The position numbers and the translations under genes are program-made. Source: Pristiophorus japonicus (Eukaryota). Taken from it: a stretch of 64,000 nt of DNA. The notes under the pieces were generated by a model. That model searched no databases and was not told the DNA's origin. It saw nothing but the letters and a program-made list of their open reading frames with translations. The number at the start of each line of letters is the position of its first letter. Positions within the stretch are counted from its first letter, which is position 1. Below, in pieces: positions 49,875-61,049 of the stretch. The stretch is from NCBI RefSeq assembly GCF_044704955.1, contig NC_091984.1, forward strand, positions 144,212,001 to 144,276,000. Direction: 5' to 3'.

Positions 49875-50201
49875 ATACACAGCCCCACCTCCTGTACTGA
49901 CTCACCCCACAGTTATATATAATATATAATAATGGACACACAGCCCCACCTCCTGTACTGACTCACCACACAGTTACATACAATATATAATAATGGACAC
50001 ACAGCCCCACCTCCTGTACTGACTCACCCCACAGTTATATATAATATATAATAATGGACACACAGCCCCACCTCCTGTACTGACTCACCACACAGTTACA
50101 TACAATATATAATAATGGACACACAGCCCCACCTCCTGTACTGACTCACCACACAGTTATATATAATATATAATAATGGACACACAGCCCCACCTCCTGT
50201 A
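49875..50201. repeat. 61-bp minisatellite (5 full copies + partial) directly 3' of the V RSS
   Basis: AGCCCCACC recurs at 49881, 49942, 50003, 50064, 50125, 50186; two alternating variants. Confidence 0.95.
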
Positions 50202-51089
50202 TGGTTTTACACATGACTGACACAGCTTGATGGGAGTGATGGCAGGAATATTCAGCTGGAAGCTGCAGTAAATTGGGAAAGGATGGAGTGGGCCAGAGAG
50301 GAGTTGGGGCTGTGTCTTCATCACTGAGAATCTCACAGCTCTACTCTGTACATTCAGACAGCACGGAGACACTGGGTAGTCCCTGTGTCCTCAATCCAAA
50401 TAATCTCAAAACCCCCCCACTATTGAGAGGGCCACAACTTATAAAACCCAAGGCATAAACATGAAATGAAAGTGAACAAGTGAAATGGTCGTGCTCTTTC
50501 CCTGCCCACCCCACACTCCAGGCACTGCGGTGCTCAGCCGTCGCAGAAGGCCTCAGGCCTACCCTGGGCTCCGTCTCCAGGTCCACCCGGGTGCAGATAA
50601 AGCCTCCGAAGTGAGGCAGGCAGGCAGTGCGACCACACCATGGGCCCCGTCCAACTGGGACCTGTGGATGGTCTGCCTGCTCCCCCCACACCGGGTGACC
50701 AGGCCCAGGAGCGTGGGACTGAAGTGGAGCCAGAAATCGAGGAGCAGCCCCTTCAAATAGTGGAAGAGGGGCTGCATCCTCTCACACTCCACGTACACAC
50801 GGGTCACGGACTGAGGAAATAGGTTTCTAAAGCCCCTGAAACTCGTTATTTTATAATGATCCCCGAGGAAGGCCTGTGTCAGCAACACAAACATCTCGCT
50901 TGCTGACGGAGCCCGTTGTTCAAGGGGCACAAAGAGGTGAGCCCTGTGTGACAGGGACTTTCATTCTCCAGCAATTCCGTGGCCCCAGGGTTACCGTCTG
51001 ATGGGGCGGGAAGGGTAGCTGGGAGATTTGTCCCAAACACGTCGGATCCCCAACTCTCCCGGGCACTGCCACAGGTAACTCGGACACGG

Positions 51090-51415
51090 AGAGAAGGGAG
51101 GTAGAGAGAGAGAGAGAGGAAGGTAGAGAGTGAGAGAGTGAGAGAGCGTGATTGTAGTGGGAGAGAGATTGAGTGAGTAAGCGAAGGAGTGGGAGAGAGT
51201 GTAAGGGAGCGGAAGCGACAGAGAGGGAGGGAGGGAGGGAGGGAGAGGGAGTGAGGGGGATAGAGAGAGTGTGAGAGGGAGGGCGGGAGAAACAGAGTCA
51301 GCGAGACTGGTGAGAGAGAGACAGTGAGTGAAACACTGACAAAGAGACACAGAGGGGGAGACACACACACACACACACACACAGACAGAGAGAGGGGGAG
51401 AGAGACTGAGTGAGC
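51090..51415. repeat. GA-rich polypurine tract with (CA)n upstream of J
   Basis: (GA)n/(GGGA)n runs and (AC)n at ~51360-51383. Confidence 0.85.
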
Positions 51416-51425
51416 CAGGGTCAGA

Positions 51426-51464
51426 TGATATTGTACAGCTGCTGCACTCGAAGCTGTCACTGTG
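51426..51464 (-). other. J recombination signal sequence, 23-bp spacer, divergent nonamer
   Basis: TGATATTGT-23 bp-CACTGTG immediately before J. Confidence 0.85.
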
Positions 51465-51499
51465 GCTCACGTTCGGTAAAGGAACCAAGCTCAGACTGA
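51465..51499 (+). CDS. IGKJ: Ig kappa J segment
   Basis: LTFGKGTKLRL with FGXG motif; phase-1 donor A|GTAAGT at 51500. Confidence 0.95.
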
Positions 51500-51589
51500 G
51501 TAAGTAAACCCCAATGCTCCGTTATTAACACTTTAAATGCTGAATCTTTCTCAGACACAAATGCTGAATAGGGGAATATTTTAGTTTAC

Positions 51590-54500
51590 ATAGGATTACA
51601 TCGGATATTCGGCCCAGAAACAGGCCATTCGGCCCAACCAGTCCATGCCGGTGTTTATGCTCCATTCGAGCCTCCCGTCTTTCCTCATCTAAATCTATCA
51701 GCATAACCCTCTATTCCCTTCTCCCTCATATCCCTGTCTAGCCTCCCCTTAAATACATCGATACTATTCACTTCAATCACTCTCTGTGGTAGCCAGTTCC
51801 ACATTCTCACCACTTGCTGGGTAAAGAATTTTCTCCTGAATTCCCGATTGGATTTCTTGCTGACTATCTTATATTGATGGCCTCTAGTTCTGATCTTCCC
51901 AACAAGTGGAAACAGTCTCTCTGTATCCACTCTATCAAAACCTTTCTGAATGTTAAAGAACTCTATCAGGTCACCCCTCAGCCTCAAGAAAAAAGAGCCC
52001 CAGCCTGTTCATCCTTTCCTGATATGTACACCCTCGCATTTCTGGTCCCATCCTTGTAAACCTTCTCTGCACCCTCTCCAGTGCCTGTGTATGGGTTATA
52101 TAATATGGTGGGGAGCTGCGGTGAATGAAAGGGTTAATTGAAGAGTGCTGTGTATGACAGGGAGCCCGGCTGTATTCCTTTACCCACACTCCCCCTTCAC
52201 CCAGCAAAGTATAAATAACGAACTGTTACCCACCGTGTGGAGGAGATCTGGACGTTGGCACACTGCGGTCCCATCCCTGCACCATCCCCGGAAATCGCTC
52301 TTGAGCCTCCTGCCTGTCTCAGTGTGACAGACACGGTGTGTGAGACACGGGCAGAGTGTGGGTGTGAGTGAGTGAGCTCGCTGGGGGCAGTCTGTGCTCC
52401 TGTCACAGTCTCTGATATAACTGAGCTCAGCCTCAGCACACTGACACTCCCGAGGTCCCGCCTCCCCCAGCTCCAACTCTGATCTGTCCAGCCCCCGCTC
52501 ACCTCCTGTCCAACTTCTGATCACAAACAGGGGCAGCAGGGCTCGCAATCTGATGGCTGCAGTGCTCCAGGGTTATGGGGAGACTCTCAGTTGCTGTTTC
52601 TGTGGCTCGAGTTCAGGCCGATATTTATCCCGCAACCTGCATCGCTTAAATGCTCAATTACCTCATTGCTGTGTGTGGGAGCTTGCTGTGCACAAATTAG
52701 TTGCTGTATTTCCCACATTACAACAGTGACTGCACTTCAAAATGTACTTCATTGGCTGTGAAGCACTTTGGGACATCCTGTGGTGTGAAAGGCGCTATAT
52801 AAATGCAGGTCTTTCTTTAATTTTTCTTTTTATTAACTGGGACTCGCACAATTCCCCTGCTGATTAAACCTGGACCCAGTAGAAAATCCCCAGAACACGG
52901 ACTAATGTTCCATAAGAACATGGGAATTAGGAGCAGGAGGAGGCCATTCAGCCCCTCGAGCCTGTTCCGCCATTTAATGAGATCATGGCTGATCTTCTAC
53001 CTCAAACTCCACTTTCCTGCACTGTCCCCATATCCCTCGATTCCCTTAATATCCAAAAATCTATCGATCTCTGGAATATTCTCAAGGACTGAGCCTCCAC
53101 AGCCCTCTGGGGTAGAGAATTCCAGAGATTCACCACTCTGAGTGAAGAGGTTTCTCCTCTTCTGAGTCCTGAATGGCCGACCACTTATTCTAGCCTGTGA
53201 CCCCTGGTTCTAGACTCCCCAGACAGAGGAAACATCCTCCCTGCATCTACCCTGTCTATCCCTGTCTGAATCTTTTATGTTTCAATGAGATCCCCTTTCA
53301 TTCTTCTAAACACGAGAGAATATAGGCCTAGTCCACTCAATCTCTCCAGAGGACAATCCCCCATCTCAGATGTCCGTCTGATGTGTCTGCGTGTTTGTCA
53401 CACGTGACGGAGCAGACAGCAGGAGTTCCACCAGCAACACAGGACGTTACCTCAGTGCCCGGCCCACTTTCCCCATCCACTTACCATATTCTTACAGGTA
53501 AACGGGCTCAGCACCTGCCCTCGGCCGGTGAAATGTCTCCCCTCTACACCACAGGCTGCCCGTGATCTGTTCCCCATCTCACTCCTGAAGGCACAGCTCC
53601 CCTCCCCAAGTGGGCTCACTGTCCCAGTGTGAGCCCAGAGACTGAGCTCCCCAAGTGGGTTCACTGTCCCAGTGTGAGCCCAGAGACTGAGCTCACTGTC
53701 CCAGTGTGAGCCCAGAGACTGAGCTCACTGTCCCAGTGTGAGCCCAGAGACTGAGCTTCCCAATTGGGCTCACTGTCCCAGTGTGAGCCCAGAGACTGAG
53801 CTCCCCAAGTGGGCTCATTGTCCCAGTGTGAGCCCAGAGACTGAGCGTATCAGACTAATCGACCGTGAGGTGTGAGCCGTGCCTCAATCACAAGCACGCT
53901 CGGCTCTGAGAAAAGAAAGAATGAATTCTATTTATATCGCGCCTTTCACGACCACCAGACATCACTTTGTGCTTTACAGCCAATGAAGTCCTTTTTGAAG
54001 TGTACTTACTTTTGTAATGCAGGAAATTTCTGCACAGCAAGCTCCCACAAACAGCAATGTGCTGATGACCAAATAACCTGTTTTTGTTTTGTTAATTGAG
54101 GGATAAATATTGGCCAGGACTCCGAAGTGGGATTTGAATCCACAATTTCTGACTCCAAAGTGAGAGTGCTTCCAACTGAGCCACTTGCTGACACTATTCG
54201 GCCCATCGTGTCCGTGACAGCCAACAAAGAGCTACCCAGCCTAATCCCACTTTCCAGCTCTTGGTCCATAGCCCTGTTGGTTACGGCACTTGAAGTGCAC
54301 ATCCAAGTACTTCTTAAATGTGGTGAGGGTTTCTGCCTCGACCTCCCTTTCAGGCAGTGAGTTCCAGACCCCCACCACCCTCTGGGGGAAAATATTTCTC
54401 CTCAACTTCCCTCTACCCACACCTTAAATCTATATCACCTGGTTGTTGACCTCTCTCTTAAGGGAAATAGGTCCATCCTAACCACTCTATCTAGGCCCCT

Positions 54501-57500
54501 CATAATGTTATACACCTCAATTAAATCTCCCCTCAGCCTCCTCTGCTCCAAACAAAATATCCTCAGCCTATCCAATCTTTCCTCATAGTTAAAAATTTCC
54601 AGTCCTGGTAACATTCTTGTAAATTTCCTCTGTATCCTCTGTGGTGCAACCACACATTTCCTGTAATGTGGTGACCAGAACTGCACACAGTGCTCTACCT
54701 ATGGTCTAAATAGTGTTTTATACAATTATAGCATAACTTCCCTGCTCTTGTATTCCATGCCGCGACTAATAAATTCAAGTATTCCGTATGTCTTCTTCAC
54801 CATCTTATCGACCTGGCCTGCTACCTTCAGGGATCTGTGCACATGCACTCCAAGGTCCATTTGTTCCTCTACACTTCTCAGTGTCCTACCATTTAATGTT
54901 TATTCCCTTGCCTTGTTAGCCCTCCCCAAATGCATTACCTCACAGTTCTCCGGATTGAATTCCATTTGCCACTGTCCTGCCCACCTGACCAGTCCACTGA
55001 TATCTTCCTGCTGTCTCCAGCTTTCTTCCTCACTATCAACCGCACGGCCAGTTTATGTATCATCTGCAAACTTCTTAATCATAGAAAAATAGAAACATAG
55101 AAACATAGAAAATAGGTGCAGGAGTAGGCCGTTCGGCCCTTCGAGCCTGCACCACCATTCAATAAGATCATGGCTGATCATTCCCTCAGTATCTCTTTCC
55201 TGCTTTCTCTCCATACCCCTTGTATCATTGATGTACATTGTAAAGAGCTAGGGTCCCAGCACTGAGCCCTGCGGCACTCCACTAGTCACTGCCTGCCATT
55301 CTGAAAAGGACCCATTTATCCCGATTCTCTGCTTCCTGTCTGCCAACCAGTTCTCTATCCACATCAGTATGTTACCCTCAATACCATGTGCTTTGATTTG
55401 CACACCAGTCTCATGTGTGGGACCTTGTCGGGAATCATGTCCCCTACATTGAAGTAGAAACATAAAATCATAGAAAATATGTGCAGGAGTATGCCATTCG
55501 GCCCGTCGAGCCTGCAACACAATTTAATATGATCGTGGCTGATCATGCACTTCATTACCCCATTCCTGCTTTCTCTCCATATCCCTTGATCCCTTTAGCC
55601 CTAAGGGCCACATCAAACTCCCTTTTGCATATATCTAACAAATTGGCCTCAACAATTTTCTGTGGTAGAGAATTCCACATGCTCAGAACTCTCGGAGTGA
55701 AGAAGTTGCTCCTCATCTCGGTCTTAAATGGCTTACCCCTTATCCTTCGACTTAACCCAGGTTCTGGACTCCCCCAACATCGGGAACATTCTTCCTGCAT
55801 CAAACCTGTCCAATCCTGTCTGAATTTTATATGTTTCTATGAGATCCTCTCTCATTCTTCTAAATTCCTTTGAATATAAGCCTGAATCATTGGTGTATAT
55901 TACAAATAACAAGGGACTTAGTACTGAGCCCTGTGGCACCCCACTCGAAACAGCCTTCCAGTCACAAAAACACCCATTGACCATTACCCTTTGCTTCCTG
56001 CCACTGAACCAATTTTGGATCCAACTTGCCACTTTCCCTTGGATCCCATGGACTTTTACTTTTCTGCCATGTGGGACCTTGCCAAAAGCCTTGCAAAAAT
56101 CCATGTAGACTACATCAAAGGTGCAACGCTCATTGACCCTCCTTGTTATTTCCGCAAAAAATTCACTCAAGTTAGTCAGGCACGACCTTCCCTCAACAAA
56201 TCCGTGCTGACTGTCCTTGATTAATCCATCCCTTTTGAGATGACAATTTATCCTCTCCCTCAGAATTGTTTCCAATAATTTTTCAACCACCGAGGTTAGG
56301 CTGACTGGTCTGTTATTAGTCGGTCTATCTCTTTACACCTTTTTGAACAAAGGTACCATGTCAGCAGTCCTCCAGTCTTCTGACACCACACCTGCAGCTA
56401 GAGAGGATTGAAAATGATGGTCAGAGCCTCCGCTACTTCCTCCCTTGCTTCTCTCAACAACCTGGGATACATTTCATCTGGGCCTGGTGAATTAACCACT
56501 TTCAAAGCTGCTAAGCCCCTAAATACTTCCCCTCTCACTATGTTTATCTCATCTAATATTTTACACTTCTCCTCAATTACAATGTCTGCATCGTCACTCT
56601 CTTCTCTGAAGACAGATGCAAAGTATTCATGAAGAACCATACCCACGTCTTCCGCCTCCACACAGAGGTTACTTTTTTGTTCTCCAATAGGCCCAACTCT
56701 TTCCTTAGTTATCCTCTTGCTCTTTACGTATTTATAAAACATCTTTGGGTTTTCCTTGATTTTACTTGCCAATATTTTTTCATGCCTTCTCTTTGCATTC
56801 CTAATTTCCTTTTTAATTTCACCCCTGTACTTTCTATACACCTCTAGGCTTTCTGCAGTATTTAGCTCTGGGTATCTGACATAAGCTTCCCTTTTTTGCC
56901 TTATGATCTTTGCCATCCAGGGGGCTCTTGACTTGGGAGTGCCACCCTTTTCCTTTGTGGGAACATACTTGCTCTGAACCCTTGAATGCCTCCCACTGCT
57001 CTGACACTGATTTACCTTCAAGTAGTTATTTCCAGCCCACTTTTGCTAAATCACCTCTCAGCTTAGTAAAATGGGCCTTTCCCCAATTTAGAACCTTCAT
57101 TCCTGCTCTATCTTTGTCCTTTTCCATAACTACACTAAATCTAACTGAATTATAATCACTAGCAACAAAATGCTCTCCCACTGATACCCCTTCCACCTGC
57201 CCAGCTTCATTCCCTAAAACTAATCCAGAAACGCCCCCTCCCTTGTTGGGCTTGCTGCGTACTGGCTGTAAAAGTTCTCCTGAATGCCTTTTAAGAATTC
57301 TGCGCCCTCTATACCTTTGACACTGATTCCATCCCAGTTAATGTGAGGGGAGTTGAAATCCCGGACTATTGCTGCCCGATTGTTTTTGCACTTCTCAGCA
57401 ATTTGCCGACATATTTTCTCTTCTATCTCCCTCTGACTGTTTAGGGGTCTATAGTACACTCTCAGCAGTGTGACCGGCCCTTTTATATTCATCAGTTTAA

Positions 57501-58215
57501 GCCATATGGCCTCATTTAATGATCCTTCTAACATACCATCCCTCTGTCAGAGGTGCCGTCTTTCAGATGAAACGTTAAACCGAAGTCCCATCTGCCCTCT
57601 CAGGTGGACATGAAAGATCTCATAATCACTATTGGAAGGGCAAGGGGGTTCTTCACAGCGCTCTGGCCAATATTTATCCCACAACCAACATAGTTAAAAC
57701 CGATGATCTGGTCATGATCTCATTGCAGTCTGGGAGCTTAATAGAATCAGAGAAATTTACAGAATGTAAAAAGGCCATTCGGCCCATCGTGTCCGCACCG
57801 ACCGACAAAGATCTACCAAGTACTTTTTAAATGTGGTGTGGGTTTCTGTCTCTACCACCCTTTCAGGCAGTGAGTTCCAGACCCCCGGCAGACATTTCCC
57901 CTCAAATCCCCTCTGAAGCTCCAACCAATTACTTTAAATCTATGTCCTGGTTGTTGATCACTCTGCTAAGGGAAATAGGTCCCTCCTATCCACTCTATCT
58001 AGGCCCCTCATAATTTTATACACCTCAATAAGGTCTCCCCTCACCCTCCTCTGTTCCAAAGAAAACAAACCGAGCCTATCCAATCTTTCCTCATAGCTAA
58101 AATTTTCCAGTCCAGGCAACATCCTCGTAAATCTTCCTGTGTACAATTGGTTGTAAAGCACCTTGGGACATCCTGAGGTTGTGAAAGGTGCTATATAAAT
58201 TCAAGACTTTCTTTC
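51590..58215 (-). mobile_element. Multiple CR1-clade LINE fragments (mostly minus strand) and SINE pieces in the J-C intron
   Basis: CR1 3' ends at 51590-52085, 52910-53365, 54200-55080, 55455-55880, 57740-58135; RT/EN pieces 55885-57540; SINE tails at 52655-52815 and 53905-54190. Confidence 0.8.
53604..53846. repeat. 32/45-bp palindromic minisatellite (6 copies) in the J-C intron
   Basis: Core GGGCTCACTGTCCCAGTGTGAGCCCAGAGACTGAGCT. Confidence 0.9.
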
Positions 58216-58614
58216 ATTGAAGTGGGAGGGCCTTGATCTTGACCCTCGCCCATTGTCCGTGCACTCTGACCTTCCAGGAGGTCACAGGATCATTGGGAGC
58301 AGTGACTCTGCCTGACCCCGGTACACTGAGACTACTTGTAGCCTCACCCTTGACCTCACCCCGGTGCTGGGCAGCAAGCTTTTAAATGCAATCTAGAAGC
58401 TTCTACAACGACACCCAACATGAAGCCTTGCTGAAATGTGTTTATACAAGTATGCCGCAATGTTCCCAGATAAAGTTCTCCCGATCTGTGTGTGATCTGA
58501 GCTTTCTCACATCTGAGCCTGTTTCCCCTGTATCCACCCATCGACAGTTCAAGCTTCCTGCCAGTGAACAGCGTCTTAACGGGAGACTCAGTCTTTAACG
58601 ACTCTTATTGTTAA

Positions 58615-58975
58615 CCATTTCAGTGCTGAGGGAGTGCCGCACTGTCGGAGGTGTCGTCTTTCAGATGAAACGTTAAACCGAGGCCCCGTCTGCCCTCTCA
58701 GCTGGATGTAAAAGATCACACGCCATTATTTCAAAGAGCAGGGGAGTTCTCCCCGTGTCCTGGTCAATATTTATCCCTCAACCAACATGACAAAAGAACA
58801 GATTATCAGGTCGTTATCACATCGCTGTTTGTGGGAGCTTACTGTGCGAAGATTGGCTGCCGTGTTTCCCACATTACAACAGTGACTACACTCCAAAAGT
58901 ACTTCATTGGCTGTAAAGTGCTTTGAGATGTCCGGTGGTTGTGAAAGGTGTAATATAAATGCAAGATTTTTTTTT
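58615..58975 (+). mobile_element. Deu-domain-type SINE (SacSINE1/AmnSINE-like) with L2-like tail
   Basis: GTCTTTCAGATGAAACGTTAAACCGAGGCCCCGTCTGCCC core; tail GTGAAAGG..TATAAATGCAAG; a related piece lies at 57540-57740. Confidence 0.65.
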
Positions 58976-59208
58976 AATCACTTTAATATCGAACGCATTT
59001 ATATTTATATTAAACTTATCAAGCGAGGCAAATAAGATTAAGAATTAATGTTGCTCGCCTCTAATGGTTAATCGCCAGCCAGGAGTTCATTAACCCAGCT
59101 CTCCGTTATCAGATGTGAATTATCCCCACACGGAAACACCCACAGTGACACACACACACACACACACACTAATATACACCTATTAAACATCCTTCTCCTC
59201 TATTTCAG

Positions 59209-59537
59209 GCCGAGGGAAGACACCACCCACGCTGACCCTGCTGCCCCCCTCCCCGGAGGAAGTCACGACCAAGGGCACTGCCACCCTGGTGTGCCTCGCC
59301 GATCACTTCTACCCCGATGCGGTGGAGGTGGAGTGGAAGAAGGACGGGGCGACCATTTCGGCCGGGGTCCAGACCAGCGACTACCTGCGAGCTTCGGACA
59401 ACACCTACAGTGTCAGCAGCCTGCTGACCCTCTCTGGCTCCGACTGGGAGTCCAACGCCAGCTTCTCCTGCAGCCTCACCCACGAGAGCCTCTCCTCTCC
59501 CCTCAGCAAAGGAGTCAGGAGAGCAGAATGTGCGTAG
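59209..59537 (+). CDS. IGKC: Ig kappa constant exon
   Basis: TTTCAG acceptor; phase matches J (A+GC=Ser); SRGKTPPTLTLLPPSPEEV...ATLVCLADHFYP...W...YSVSSLLTL...FSCSLTH...ECA*; C1-set Cys/Trp and penultimate interchain Cys. Confidence 0.96.
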
Positions 59538-60062
59538 TGTGTCAGGGACAGTCCGCGGGGGAGACGCAACTTTAAATAGAACAGGGGGTGAGCCGGGAGG
59601 GCAAAGGTCATTGTCAGCACTGCATTTCTCCTCTCTTCCTTCTCGGGACTGGGTCAGGGAAAGCATCTGAGGGTCAGGGGGTAAGGCACGTTATTGGGGC
59701 AGTGTCGAGGGAGCTTTACTCTGTATCTAACCCGTGCTGTACCTGCCCTGGGAGGGTTTGATGGGACAGTATTGACTCGTGCTGCCAAGTAAAACCTCTC
59801 GAAGATGCTGAAGACTGTCAGCAGAGTAAAACTAATGTTAAACTGCGAAGTGCCGCTTCAGTAAGCAGACCCTCTCCCTGCTCACCCTGCTGTTACAATT
59901 CAAGGTTTTGTCCCCGTTTGAAGGGGCAGGATTCACACGGTGTGGAGAAAATCCCCACAACTGTTTTAATGAAGCTGCATTCTCCCAGTGAATGTCTCCA
60001 GCTCGCTCTCGCTGGGCTGTTTATTCAAGTCTTGTTTCTGTAAATGTGAATCTGTAAAAGGC

Positions 60063-60068
60063 AATAAA
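60063..60068 (+). terminator. Probable polyadenylation signal of the kappa transcript
   Basis: First AATAAA seen after the stop codon, followed by GT-rich sequence. Confidence 0.65.
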
Positions 60069-61049
60069 CGTGAAGAATATTCAGTCTGTGTCTGGCGACT
60101 GCTTTGGAAATGTCCCACCTCTCCCTCAGCTGGATTGGCTACATTTCAGTAAGTGTCTGTCCTGATTGGCTGGGTGGGCTGTCAATTAATGGCAGGTCAG
60201 CAGGAGATTTGATTCAAAGCCAATTATCAATCATTTTAAAACGATCAATTTGACCTCGAGTCCCTGGAGTGCACAAGATTAAACACAGAGACACTAAAAG
60301 CTGCTGGGATTAAACCCTCCCAGTTTGAGCATTGGCTCTCACTCTGCACACTGCGGGTGTTGGGGCAGCCCCCGATGGTGGGATCGCACTGTGCACTCTG
60401 TGCTGACTGCTGGGGGCAATCTGGGGGCAGGAGGCCACAGTCACAACGTTGCATTCTCTCTCCTTAACGTATGGCTCATGGCAGCAGCACAAAACTGTAC
60501 CGAGTGAGGCCTCAGCTTAGGGAGAGGAGCAGTCAGTGTATCACCGTGTACATGTTCCTGAGTGTTAATGTGGCTTACCCAGCACCACCTGTAGGTGTGT
60601 GTGTGTGTGTGAATGTTACGCAGCAGCGCCTACAGGTGTGTGTGTGTGTGTGACCGTTACCGTTACCCAGCACCATCTGTCGGGGTGTGTGTGTGTGTGT
60701 GTGTATGAGCTCCAGCTCCTGGGGGGGTGGGGGAGGGTTGGTAGGGGAGTGGGGGGTGCGGTGATCGGGGCCTGACCTTTTGTGGAACGGGGGGTCCAAC
60801 GCAATCTGGAGGGGGGGTTCCCTGGAAGGACAGGGCATCCGGGGAGACCAGAGTGGGGGAGGACTGGGGGGGTGGTGGTGGTCAGGGAGGGGGCTCCGGG
60901 ACCAAGGGACCAGCCAGTCGCCACTCTGCACACACTCTGCTCCCTCTGTGTCTCAGTCCAGTGTTGCAGTGGGCAGTTCAGGATCTGAGGCTCAGGCTGG
61001 TTCTCCGGCACCATCAGCGCCCTGTTGAGTAAGGATATTAAGAGTGAAG

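Noticed and set aside
49875-50201. CRISPR-like array
   Set aside because: Head-to-tail minisatellite without unique spacers, in a vertebrate context with no cas genes
50954-50963. kappa-B-like site GGGACTTTCA upstream of J
   Set aside because: Single 9/10 match with no supporting context
49842-51465. Germline-joined VJ or D segments
   Set aside because: V and J are separate with their own RSSs 1.6 kb apart, and no RSS-flanked D segment was seen
50879-51488. 165-193 aa Ser/Leu-rich minus-strand ORFs
   Set aside because: Translation of the GA-rich low-complexity tract
59701-59770. Distinctive ~65-bp sequence in the kappa 3' UTR
   Set aside because: Looks like one monomer of a common shark tandem repeat; no sign of specific function
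59904-59942. Further 23-RSS-like match in the 3' UTR (GGTTTTGTC-23-CACGGTG)
   Set aside because: Both heptamer and nonamer are imperfect; it shows how easily cryptic RSSs occur and is not claimed separately
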